64,000 nucleotides of DNA. Origin: the human T2T-CHM13v2.0 reference genome, Homo sapiens. Position numbers and translations under genes: made by a program. This document shows, piece after piece, positions 14,495-32,839 of this stretch (positions are counted from its first letter, which is position 1; every line of letters begins with the position of its first letter). The stretch lies in the NCBI RefSeq assembly GCF_009914755.1, contig NC_060938.1; one strand, 5' to 3'. The notes under the pieces are model-generated. The model made no database searches. It saw only the letters and a program-made list of their open reading frames with translations, and had not been told where the DNA came from.

Positions 14495-14635
14495 AAACAT
14501 TTAATCTATACCTCAGTTTCCTCATCTGTAAAATGAGGGTAATGACACTTAGGCATAAAGCTATAAAACCTAATGGGATAATAGACTTACAGCATTTGGC
14601 ACATAAGAAACTCTAAATAAGTGTCCATTATTATT
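14495..14635 (+). mobile_element. MIR
   Basis: cctcagtttcctcatctgtaaaatgagggtaat core. Confidence 0.8.
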
Positions 14636-14769
14636 GAAGGAACACTCACAAGTCATCAACTGGGAACAAATATTTGCTACAGATATGTGAAGGATCAAGC
14701 TTTGACAATGTAAAGATTCATACTGAAAGAGATTCCCCTCCATTGTTTTTTATATAAAGTCAAGGAAAT

Positions 14770-15415
14770 AGAGGATAATAAATGGCTAATAAACGGTCAA
14801 TAAGTAGCTAATAGATGTGAAAAATATTCAACCTACTTACTAGATAACTAAAAAACTAAACTAAAAAATTAAAACTAAAACAAAGGCATGCAAATTATAA
14901 AAAAAAAAAACCCTAATACCATATTTAACCACTCGAATTGTTGGAAGATTTTACTTATTTAAGTCATCCTTACTTCTGATGTGATAAATCCAGTATTTTT
15001 CGGGAGATGGCAGGAGAAAAGTTTGTTCAGAAATTTTAGGAGAATATTTCAGAATATATATTAAAGATGTCAAAAATTTAATTGCATTAAGTAGTTCTAC
15101 TTTAGAGTGCTGTACTAGGAAGATAATCAGAACTATGGGTCAAAATACACATACAGCACAGTGTTTCCAATTTTTCACTATTATGAATATTTCTATTGTT
15201 TAACAATAGAATATAATTAAATGAATTGTGGTTCACACAAATAAGCTTCATGCAGACATTTTAAATTATGTTTCTGAATAGTATAAATGACATAGAAAAT
15301 GTAATATATGATTAAAATATTAACAGGAACAAAGCAGTATACAAACATGATATTTACCCAATTTGTTGGATAGATATAGATACAAAGTAGCAAAACAATA
15401 CATCAAAATGTGACA
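14770..15415 (+). mobile_element. very old L1 (L1ME-like) fragment
   Basis: aaatggctaataaac...gtgaaaaatattcaacct matches ORF2 3' region motifs; highly diverged. Confidence 0.45.
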
Positions 15416-15754
15416 ATTTTTAAAAATATTTTATTGCACATCTAGTTCATATGTGTTGAATAATAATCAAAAAACATATATAAACAAAAAAAAATCACTT
15501 ACAATTCTTTCAAGCAGAGATGAACAATATTAACAGCTTCTGGACATTTTCATATATATGTATTTTTAAAATAAAAATTGCATCATATTGCACACAATTT
15601 TAAACATTGTTTTTGCTATTTTCTTAATTTTTTATTGTAAACAGTGGTGTAATGCATTGTCAAGTAACTAAATATTTGCATTATTCTTAGTAATTTCCTT
15701 AAAATAAATTCTTACAAATAGATTTGGTAGCTCAAACGTTGCACACGTTTTTAG

Positions 15755-16252
<498 letters not shown>

Positions 16253-16414
16253 TAATTTTCTTTATTTACCAATTTGACACAAAATACTATCACATTGTTT
16301 TAATTTCTATATTTATTAGTTAAATATAGATATTGTCATATTCTTAATGATTATTTTTATTTTTTTCACTGAGTTGCCTTTTCATCCTTTTGTGTATTTA
16401 TATGTATATACTTT

Positions 16415-16703
<289 letters not shown>

Positions 16704-17089
16704 TATATTTATATACTTTTTAAAGAAGCTTTCTAAGTAACAGATATTAATTCCTTGTCATATATGCTGCAAATGTCCTGTTTATTTACTGTTTTTCTTT
16801 TAATTCTAGTCAGACTTTATTATTTTATAAGGAAATTTTAAATATTTATGTATACAAATCCAGAATTTCGCTCCTTTATGGCTTCTGGTGTAGTGTTATT
16901 CTAAAAAAGTCCCTCCTCAATGCAAGACTATAAATTTCTATGTACATAAACATTCATAACTTTTATTATTTTATTCTCATAGCTGATTCCTTGCTTCATT
17001 TGGAATTTATTTTGGTAGAATGTGAGGTAGAGATCTAACGTTTCCCCCTATTACATCATCCATTTTTATTTCATTAATCTGAGATGCTA

Positions 17090-18173
17090 GAGGCACCAAG
17101 CCTCACTGTTAGGCACCACTTATTTTTATTAGGTTTGACCATTAGCAAACATCAGGATATAGGAACAGTGGCCCCTTCCTTCAGCTGGTCTTATATGACC
17201 TTAATTTTTGCAGAACTTGTTTAAATCTATATTGATCTGTACTATTTAACCTGGTATAGGATTTAGGGTGAATGAGTCCATGGAGCCCCATTTTATCAAG
17301 CTAATCTTAAGTGTCAGAGGTTTAATTCTACTCTATTATTTACTAGGTCAAAATGTTTATGCCCACTATGGGACATTGGGCACGGAACACTGTGATTGTG
17401 GGGAATATACGCAACATTTTCAAGGCTAAGGTTGGGTATATTTATTTGTCCTCTATTTTATGGTCAGTAACTCCACTAAGAGTATAGGGGGTACCTGGTT
17501 TATATTTTGTGGCATTCCCAGGTACAACTGTAATTTGAGCCCCATTAATTAGGCCATAAATGTTTTCCAATTGGCACATCTCAGCAGACATTAATTTAGT
17601 ACCTATTTTGTAGAAACACAATAATCAATAGTCATTTTTATCTTTCTTTTCCACAAATTATTTTAGTGAATTTTGATTTCCAGTTGGACCAAATCACAGA
17701 TCCCTGTTTCAGTGCCTATTTCTTCCCATTGTATAAAGTGTTTTTGTTGTTGTTGTTTTATTTTATGTTTAAAGTTACTGGATATACTACATGGAGAGGG
17801 GGAAAGGGGAGTTTTCTCCATTCTGCTCATTTTTGTAAGTCTCATCCTTCAGAGAGTGCTAAATTAGTATCGTGGGGTAGGGACCTCCCACATGGTGAAT
17901 GTTGTTATGATGGTTTAGGGACTCCGGAATTAAGCTGGGTATGAATTAACCACTTGATATGTTGATAAGCTGCAATACTCAATAGACCCCACAATCTTTG
18001 CCCGTTCCTTTTATGGTTATTTAATAGCGTAACAGTGCCCTCTGGACCTATAATGGGGTTGAGTGTAGAGCAGTTAGGGTTGCTTTTCATAAGAGTCTAT
18101 GCCATAGGAGGTACCATGGGAGTTTTTTCTGTATAATCCTGAGGACCAGGGTCTTTGTAGCAACAGAGGCATG

Positions 18174-18221
<48 letters not shown>

Positions 18222-18760
18222 GCCATCTTAAGGTTTATAGAGTCTCAGTGAGCTCTCTGAACTTAAGCATGTGGACCTCAGAACACAACATAGTGACTAC
18301 TCTTCCTCACACTAGCACACAACTAATGGGTCTATATACTGCACAGGGGCTCAACACCTGCTTGAGAAATTCAGCCAATGGTCATTGGGTAAAAGTTGTT
18401 TCACGTGTCCAGAGTAAGCTATGACTTATGCTGAAATTGAAATACATGGATAGATCTAAGCCAAACATATGACCCAGGCCCACTTTTAGAAGGAATTCGA
18501 ATGCCACACTCCTACCCTAAATATCCTGTCAAAATTTTCAACATAATTAGTTAAATCTATACCAGAAACTTAGTAGGATTCAGCAAATGCATCACAGCAC
18601 AACACAATTCAAAATGCAAGCTTACTGGTAGGCAGTAAAGCAATTCAAAACACAAACTAGCCAGGAGGCAAAAGCTCAATGTACACTGTCACCAGCAGGC
18701 AGGAGAACCAGGTAGCAAGCCAAAAACAAGAAAGAACCCCAGGTCTCCTAGTGCCAATTA
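17090..18760 (-). mobile_element. ERVL-type internal region (HERVL74-like): leader, gag, degenerate protease, start of RT; 3'-truncated
   Basis: Minus-strand translation gives LINGAQITVVPG (degenerate retropepsin LIDTGA motif, ~17515-17552), CPIVGINIL, and VKPNKNKWCLTV (RT N-terminus, ~17105-17140). A PBS-like TGGC follows the LTR. Confidence 0.75.
18179..18220. repeat. CAA(CAG)13 trinucleotide repeat
   Basis: Perfect CAG run 18182-18220. Confidence 0.98.
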
Positions 18761-19174
18761 TTTTGTAGTTGCCCTGAAGAGAATGAGATCGACCTCCCAC
18801 CTAAAATAGGTTCAGATTATCAAGACTGAGGATGACACATGTGCTACAAGAGAGTATTAAAAGGTTCCTTACCTACGTAATGGGACTTTCTGGGGACACC
18901 AAAGCAAGCACTAAAGCTGACCTGATATTACTTAAGTGAAGGGACATGCAGGTGGCTTTGGTTTTTATTGTGGTTAGGAGGTAGGACCTAGGTGACATCT
19001 TGCACACAGCCAGGGTTTGCATGGCTTGAACTTCTCCAACAGCACCAAGGGAGGGAGTACTCAGGGTTTCTTATCAGTTTGCCCAGATACGGAACAAGAG
19101 GCAAAAGGGAAAGGGCAGGGTCTGGAAGCTGTCAGCAGCCAAACATAGAACATGGAGTCAGGTTAGTTATCACA
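18761..19174 (-). mobile_element. 5' LTR of the ERVL element (MER54/MER73/MER74-group-like)
   Basis: Minus strand begins TGTGATAACTAACCTGACTCCAT...GCTGACAGC...TCTGGGCAAACTGATAAGAAA; adjoins the internal region. Confidence 0.75.
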
Positions 19175-19179
19175 GTGTT

Positions 19180-19490
19180 TATTTTCATTTTGTTCCATCA
19201 TTGTTAGATTTTGGCATCCGTGTTACATAAAGCGAGTAAAAACATTTTAGCAGACTTTCCACATTTTTTTCACCTATAGGATAATTTAACTGGTATGTAA
19301 ATTATCTGTTCCCTGAAAATTTGCTAGGATTTACACTTAAAATCTTATCAGTCATTTTTAGAATTAATTATATGATAATTTAATTTTTCCTATGGTGATT
19401 GCTATTCTAGAGTTCCGTTTCCACTAAGGTCAATTTTTATTATTTTACGTATTCCAGATTATGCTATTTAGATCATTTATATTTTTGAAA
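19180..19490 (-). mobile_element. old L1 ORF2 fragment
   Basis: Diverged antisense ORF2 motifs (gattttggcatc, aattatctgttccctgaaaatttgctag). Confidence 0.4.
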
Positions 19491-19499
19491 AACAATGTA

Positions 19500-24623
<5,124 letters not shown>

Positions 24624-24858
24624 TGAGAGGCCAACATGGCTGAAAAGAAACAGCTGCAGTCAGAGGTTCCCACCAAGAAAAATGAAAATGATGCATGAAT
24701 CCTGCATCAGCAACTGAGGTATTTAGGTTATCTCATTTGAACTGACTAGGAGGTTGGCATGACCAATGGAGAGCAAGAAAAAGCAGGGTGATGCAACAGC
24801 CCACCTGGGAGCCATGTGGGGCAAGGGGAACTCCTGACCCCAGCTTTTTCCATGGATC

Positions 24859-25384
24859 TGTCAGAGGCATTCAAACCAGAGTGACTCCATCTTGAGTGAC
24901 AGTGAGGAAAAATGAGGTTGGGACTTGATGGGCTGCCTTCACAGAAACTTAGGTATTCCTAACCTCTAGATATTTATAGTTAAAGGAAAAGATAGATAAC
25001 TTTTACTAAGCAGACCCAGATTTGGGAGTGTCCCAATATCCCTATATCTAGAGAATGAAGAATTCCTAATTTTGCTCTAAAGATAATAATATTGATTATT
25101 GCAAAATACAGCAATTAAGAAAATTAATCCTTTATTACAAACCCTTGTAGCAGAGCACATCTCTTCATAATCTTTTCTTATCCTTTATATAAACAGGTAT
25201 TGTATCTATGGTGGACACGTTTGGGAATGCCCTACTCTGTCTATGGAGCAGTTGTTCTTTCACCACTTGACTTTCTTAATAAACTCATTTTTGCTTTGCA
25301 CTGTGGATTCATCCTGAATTCTTTCTTGCACAACATCCAAGAACTCTCTCTTGGGGTCTGAATTAGGATCCCTTTCTGGTAACA
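24859..25384 (+). mobile_element. MER41-family solo LTR (MER41C/D-like) inserted in the L1 5'UTR
   Basis: TGTCAGAGGC...CCAGAGTGACTCCATCTTG start, GGTAACA end, 4-bp TSD gatc/gaac. The L1 UTR resumes at tgtgcaacc. Confidence 0.9.
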
Positions 25385-27833
25385 GAACTGTGCAACCTGC
25401 AGATAAGGAGATCCCCATCAGGAGCCTATATCACCAGGGCCCTGGGTCCTAAGCACAAAGTTGTGCAGATTCTCAGTGGCCACTTGGCTGAAAACTGCCT
25501 AAGACTACTGAGTTCCTGGGGGAAGGGGTGACCGTCGTTACAGCAGCTGCCTGTTGCCTAAGACAACTGAGCTCCCCTAGGTGTGGCAGCCATCACTGTG
25601 GCCACCTATTGCCTAAGATGACTGAGTTCCCTGTGGGAGGGGCAGCAGCCGTCACTGCAGCTTCATTTGGCCATTTTTCCCCTGCCAGTGCCAGGGAGAC
25701 TAAACAGTTTAGACTCAGGAGGAATTCCCTACAGCACAGCATAGTGGCTATGGCAGGTCATGGCCAGACTGCCTCTTTAGGCTGAACCCAATCCACCCCT
25801 CCTCACAGGGTGGGGCCTCCCTGCAGAAATTTCAGCAACTCCAGCCAGGGGTTTAGGGTTAGAAGTCTGATCTCCCTGGGACTGAGCCACAGTCTCCACA
25901 GATCAGCAGACATGGTCTTTCCCCCTACTGGCTCTGAGGAATCCTGGAGGTCCAGATGATTTGGATTCCCCCCAGCACAGCTCATCCCCTCCACTAAGGG
26001 GCAGCCAGAGTGCTTCATCAATTGGGTCCTGGATCCTATGCCTCCTGACTGGGTGAGGCCTCCCAACATGGGTTACCAGACACCTTATACAGGAGCATTC
26101 CCACTGGCATCAGATTGGTGCCCCTCTGAAACAGAGATCTCACAGGAAGGAGAAGGCAGCCATCTTTGCTGTTCTGCAGTCTCCACTGGTGACATCACCA
26201 GATACAGGAGGGGCCCAGGCAAATAGGGTCTGGGGTAGACCCCCCAGTAAATCACAGCAGCCCTATAGAAGAGGGCACTGACTGTTAATAGAAAACCAAA
26301 CAAACAAAAAGCAACAACAACAGCATCAACAAAAAACGTCCACAGAAAAACTCCATTCAAATATGAGCAGCCTCAAAGACCAAAGCTAGATAAACTCAGG
26401 AAGATAAGAAAGAATCAATGAAGAAGCATGGAAAACTCAAAAAGCCAGAATGCCTCCTCTCCTCCCAATGATCACAACACCTCTCCAGCAAGGGCACAGA
26501 ACTGGGCAGAGGCTGAAATGGATGAATTCACAGAAGTAGGCTTTAGCAGTTGGGTAATAATGAAATTTGCTGAGCTAAAGGAGCATGTTATAACCCAGTG
26601 CAAAGAAGCTAAGAACCACGATAAAACATTACAGAAGCTGTTAACCAGAATAACCAGTTTAGAGAAGAAGATAAAATACCTGATAGAGCTGAAAAACACA
26701 ACTTCACAATGCAGCCACAGTACCAATAACTGAATAGGCTAAGCAGAGGAAAGAATTTCAGAGCTTGAAGGCCATGTTGCTGAAAGAAGACAGACAGACA
26801 AGATTAGAGAGAAAAGAATGAAAAGGAACAAACAAAACCTCTGAGAGCTATGGGATTATGTAAAAAGACTAAACCTATGATTGATTGGGTACCTGAAAGA
26901 AACGGGGAGAATGGAACCAAGTTGTAAAACATACTTCAGGATATCATCCAGGGGAACATCCCCAACCTAACAAGACAGGTCAACATTCAAATCCAGGAAA
27001 TACAGAGAACCCCACTAAGATACTCCATGGGAAGATTGACCCCAAGACATGTAATCATCAGATTCTTCAAGGTCAAAATGAAGGAAAAAATGCTAAGGGC
27101 AGCCAGAGAGAAAGGTCAGGTCACCTTCAATAAGAAGCTCATCAGACTAACAGCAGACTGCTCAGCAGAAACCCTGCAAGCCAGAAGAGACTGAGGGCCA
27201 ATATTCAACATTCTTAAAAAAAAAAAAAAAACAATTTCCAACTCAGAATTTCATATCTGGCCAAACTAAGCTTCATAAGTGAAGGAGAAATAAAACCCTT
27301 TTCAGACACATAAATGCTGAGGGAATTAATCAAGGCTCCTGCCTTGCAAGAGCTCCTGAAGGAAGCACTAAGTATGGAAAGGAAAAAGTGGTACCAGCCA
27401 TTGTGAAAACACACTGAAGTACAAAGAACAATGACACTATGAAGCATCTACATCAACAAGTTTGCAAAATAAACAGCTAGCAAAATAAACAGTTTACCAT
27501 GATGACAGGATCAAATTCACACATAACAATATCAACCTTAAACATAAATGGGCTAAATGCCCCAATTAAAAGACACAGAAGGAAAAGCCAGATAAAAAGT
27601 CAAGACCCATCAGTGTGTTGTATTCAAGAGACTCATCTCACATGCAAAGACACACATAGGCTTAAAATAAAGGGAAGGAGGAAAATTTACCAAGAAATTG
27701 GAAAGCAGAAAAAAGCAGGGCTTGCAATCCTAGTTTCTAACAAAACAGACTTTGAACCGACAAAGATCAAAAACACAAAGAAAGGCATTATACAATGGCA
27801 AAGGGATTAATTCAACAAGAAGAGCTAACAATC

Positions 27834-27838
<5 letters not shown>

Positions 27839-27876
<38 letters not shown>
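27839..27876. repeat. (TG)19 microsatellite within L1 ORF2
   Basis: Perfect run replacing the L1 atatatgc site. Confidence 0.97.
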
Positions 27877-27880
<4 letters not shown>

Positions 27881-29101
27881 CCCCCAATACAGAAGTACCC
27901 AGGTTTATAAAACAAGTTCTTAGAGACTGACAAAGAGACATAGACTCCCACACAATAATAGTGGGAGACTTTAACAACCCACTGTCAATATTAGACAGAT
28001 CATTGAGACAGAAAATTAACATGGATATTCAGTACTCGAACTCAGCCCTGGATCAAGTGGACCTGATAGATATATACAGAACTCTCCACCCAAAAACAGA
28101 ATATGCATTATTTGTAGTGCCACATGGAACTTACTCTAAAATCAATCACATAATTAGAAGTAACATACTCCTCAGTAAATGCAAAAGAACTGAAATTGTA
28201 ACAGTCTTTCAGACCACAGCACAATCAAATTAGAACTCAAGATTAGGAAACTCACTCAAAACCACACAACTACAGGGAAATTGAACAATCTGCTCCTGAA
28301 TGACTCCTAGGTAAATAATAAAATTAAGTTAGAAATCAAGAAGTTCTTTGAAACCTATGAAAACAAAGAGACAACGTACCGGAATCTCTGGGATACAGCT
28401 AAAGAAGTGTAAGAAGGAAAATTTATAGCACTAAACGCCCACATTAAAAAGCTAGAAAGAACTCAAATCAACACCCTAACATCATAACTAAAAGAACTAG
28501 AGGATAAGAGCAAACAAACACCAAAGCTAGCAGAAGACAAGAAATAACCAAGACTAGAGTGGAACTGAAGGAGATAGAGACATGAAAAACCCTTCAAAAA
28601 TCAATGAATCCAGGCGCTGGTTTTTTTTTGAAAAAATTAATAAAATAGATAGATCACTAGCTAGACTAATAAAGAAAACAAGAGAGAAGAATCAAATGAC
28701 ACAATAAAAAATGATAAAGGGTATATCACCACTGAACTCACAGAAATACAAACAACCATCAAAGAACACTATAAGCATCTCTCTGCAAATAAACTAGAAA
28801 ATCTACAAGAAATGGATAAATTTCCCAGACACATACACCCTGCCAAGACTGAACCAGGAAGAAGTTGCATTTCTGAATAGAGCCATTATAAGTTCTGAAA
28901 TTGAGGAGGTAATAAATTGCCTACCAACAAAAAAAAAAGCCCAGGACCAGAAGGATTCTCAGCTGAGTACTCCCGGAGGTATGAAGAGGAGCTGGTACTA
29001 TTTCTTCTGTAACTATTCCAAAAAATTGAAAAGGAGGGACTTCTCCCTAACTCATTTTATGAGGACAGCATCATCCTGATACCAAAACCTGGAAGACATA
29101 C

Positions 29102-29152
29102 AAAAAAAAAAAAAAGAAAGAAAGAAAGAAAAGAAAAGAAAAAAAAAGAAAA
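29102..29152. repeat. A/(GAAA)n/(GAAAA)n tract in L1 ORF2
   Basis: Seen directly. Confidence 0.9.
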
Positions 29153-30289
29153 GTTCAGACCAATATCCCTGATGAACATCAATGCCAAAATTCTCAATAA
29201 AATACCGGCAAATCAAATCCAGCAGTACATCAAAAAGTTTATCCACCATGATCAAGTCAGCTTCATCCCCAGGATTCATTGCTGGTTCAACATGCACAAA
29301 TCAATAAACATAATTCATCACATAAAACTAATGACAAAAACCACATGATTATCTTAACAGATGCAGAAAAGAACTTTGATAAAATTCAACATCCCTTCAT
29401 GTTAAAAACTCTTAATAAACTATGTATTGATGGAACATACCTCAAAATAATAAGAGCCATTTATGACAAACCCATAGCCAATATCATACTGAATGGGGAA
29501 AAGCTGAAAGCATTCCCCTTGAAAACCTGCACAAGACAAGGATGTCCTCTCTCACCACTCTTATTAAATGTAGTATTGGAAGTTCTGTCCAGGGCAATCA
29601 GGCAAGAGAAAAAAATAAAGCGTATTCGAATAGGAAGAGAGGACATCAAACTGTCTCTGTTTGCAGATGACATGATCCTATATCTAGAAAAGCCCATCGT
29701 CTCAGCCCAAAAGCTTCTTAAGCTGATAAGCAACTTCAGCAGTCTCAGGATACAAAATCAACGTGCAAAAATCACAAGCATTCATTTACGCCAACAATAG
29801 ACAAGCAGAGAGACAAATCATGAATAAACCCCCATTCGTGATTGCTAAAAGGAGAATAAAATACCTAGGAATAAAGCTAACAAGGGACGTGAAGGACCTC
29901 TTCAAGTAGAACTTCAAACCACTGCTAAGGGAAATAAGAGAGGACACAAACAAATGGAAAAATATTCCATGTTCGTGGCTAGAATCAATATTGTGAAAAT
30001 GGCCATGCTGCCCAAAGTTATAGATTCAATGTTATTCTCATTAAACTACCATGGACATTTTTCACAGAATTAGGAAAAAACTACTTTAAAATTCACATGG
30101 AACCAAAAAAAGATCTTGTATAGCCAGGACAATCCTAAGCAAAAAGAACAAAGCTGGAGGCATCATGTTACCTGACTTCTTGATTTCTGTCTTAATTTTT
30201 GAATGTGATCAGATTTATGCTAATAGGAAGATCCCTGATATCACTAGGGAGTATAGATTAAGATACTCAAGGACATGAGTTCTATAAAG

Positions 30290-30400
30290 AGATTTATAAA
30301 ACTAGAGCTCAGAAAAAGATCTTGACTAAAAAAAGCAATTTGAGTGTCATCTCCATCTACATGGAAACTGTAGCCATAGGCTTGAATGAAATTGTACATT
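30290..30400 (-). mobile_element. L2 fragment
   Basis: gagctcagaaaaagatc...tttgagtgtcatctccatctacatgg...gccatagg motif. Confidence 0.5.
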
Positions 30401-32839
30401 ATATAAAATTAAGCAAATTTTAAATAGTCGTATACAGAAGATAAAATATGATAGGAATAATTCTCTTGAGGCAAGAAGATTCAGAAACAGTGATCTTTTA
30501 ACTGTATTTCTACCTTAAATTCTATCTAATTAACCCACACCAAGTCAATTTGCATTATACTCCTTTATATTTGTTCTTATGTAGCTTTGAAAGTATTAAG
30601 TCTTGTTCAAATGTTTTACTACACTAATTAGATCATCATTTTCTGAAGAAGTTTATAATAACCATAAATTAAATTTTAAAATTAAAAGTGCAAATGTGTG
30701 TATAAAGAAACCTTGATAATCCTATTTCTTTGTTTTATGTCCATAAGTATCTGGTTGAGGGTAATGAAATAGGGTGCTATTAGTGATATTAATAAGGCAT
30801 TGCTATTTTAGACAACAGACCAAAGGGACCCCAATACTCCAAAGAAGCTGTAGTAGTTTTATATTGGTATGTAACACATTATTAATAAATTATCAATTGG
30901 AAGTTGGCCTTAAATTTCAGTGAAAAATGCTGTAATTGAGTTCAGAATTAGAAACTCACTTTTTCCAATCATCATTATACATAAAGCATGATGAAGTTTT
31001 GAGTAGGCTCCCTTTACTACTACCCCTATTTTGTACCTTATGACTCCAAACCAAGAAAAGATACATTAAAAGCACACCTTCCACTCAAAAGATAAAGGAC
31101 TGAGAAACAAACAAATGTCAGTTTCTGGAACTAGGCTAACCACCACAAGTCAACTTTTCGGTAGGAATTACCCAGAAATAGGGATCACCTACTTTTCCTT
31201 GGAAATAGAAAAAGTGACTTCATTATAAATGTGCCTACATTTAATCAAGAGAAGGAATTATATCCTCAGAAAATAATGTCTAATCAGAGAACCCTTGACA
31301 CTCCTTTGCCTTTGAGAGCATGATGGGAATAAAGAGGAAGGTGGAGCTGCTCCTAGAATAAAAAACTAAAGTGGCAACAGAAAAAAATTATACTAAAATT
31401 ACTTTAATAATAGTCATTGTTGATCTTTCAGTATTCGACATTGCTGGTATGAAACTGTAAGACCAAGAAGCTATAAATAATGTCTGTTTTTATTAGAAGA
31501 GTTAATACCAATCAAAATACGTTAAGGTCCACTACCCTTAGAAGTTACTTAAATATGTGCAAGTTTTAAAATTCTGCTTTGATCCAACTGACTGATAAAC
31601 ATTTCATGGACCTTACAGAGTAATTGGTAAAGTTACGAAACTTTAAATTTGTGATCTTATCATGGTTCAATCCACTTTATTGAAATTAAGAAAAACTAGT
31701 ATACTCACCATTGCTGAGGAAGAAAAGAATTCAGGACAGATTTTTAAAATAATTTTTTCATTTTCATTTGCAATGAGTTGAACATTATTTTGTAAATTTA
31801 TGAGCAGAATTATACAACCTAGTACTGTAATGAAATGCAAATATCTCCGTTCATTAAGGCTCAACTGTTCCATCAGTTTTGCATACATAGTTCAGTGGGG
31901 ACTGATAATTATATAGCAATGTGAAAAAAATGTCTATTAAGTATCAGTATGAGGCAGCTAGGTGTATCAAATTATACCCACATAATGTGATTTCGCAAAG
32001 TGATTTGATTTTTTTTATTACTTCACAGTCTTTGTTTTACTGGATTTGATGGAGTGTGGCATATTTTCAAAGTGAATTACAAGTTCTGAAAACACTTAAA
32101 TGTGTTTCATCCAAACATTCCTTAAAATTAAGGATCTAATTTTGATGACATTGTGTGTATATGTGTAACACATATTTTTTAAATCCTTGAATTTTAAGTC
32201 ACTGAATTTATTTTAAAAAATTAAAATTTTTATTTTTAAGATAGATTATACTTATTTGATTAAATGCTTTTTTCACTTTAAACCAACTTAGAGTTTTTAT
32301 TTTAATATTAGAATTTCTGGTTTAATAAATTTGATATGGTAGATTCCTTTTTCAACTTTATTAAACCAATTTACCATAAAATAAACTACACTAAAAGCAA
32401 AAGTTACAATAAGATAATTTTCAAAGAAGTGAGATTCTCCTATAACCAAGATAATGATACCGTTTATAGGAATTTGCCATTTGAAGTGTCCACCACATTC
32501 ATTAAAAACTGTCATGGTGATTGTACAGATGCCAGGAAGATGGCTTCACCACCATGGAGTAGATTTGGTCCTCTTCTGAGTAGCTCCTTATCTGAATTTA
32601 TCTTATTTTTCTCTCTGATTATTTGTCCTTTTGAGGTAGACATTTTTTTATCTAGCTTTTTCTGTTCTGTATACTCTCTACCTCTTATTAACATCCTCAA
32701 TCTTTCACTACGGTTATTTCCCCTTTTTCTCAAACATATACAATATTTTCTGTGAAAAATAACAAGAAATAAAACTCTTATTTCATTCTATTGTTGTCTT
32801 CTATATATCTTACAAAAGTAAACCATTACTTTTCTTACA

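Larger units (their letters stand above)
24624..30179 (+). mobile_element. LINE-1 (about L1PA10-13): 5'UTR, ORF1 and ORF2; 3' end missing; inactive
   Basis: Starts gagaggccaacatggctga. ORF1 remnant at 26428, ORF2 start MTGSNSHITI at ~27499, RT motif LFADDMILY in ORF 29279-29800. Stops abruptly at cctgacttc with no 3'UTR or polyA. Confidence 0.95.

Noticed and set aside
29279-29800. 173-aa ORF with RT motif (FADD), and similar ORFs at 40098-40520 and 42834-43531
   Set aside because: Fragments of frameshifted L1 ORF1/ORF2; no intact ORF and not a novel RT system.
32336-32755. 139-aa ORF in unique sequence
   Set aside because: AT-rich composition typical of chance ORFs; no recognisable motif or convincing splice context.
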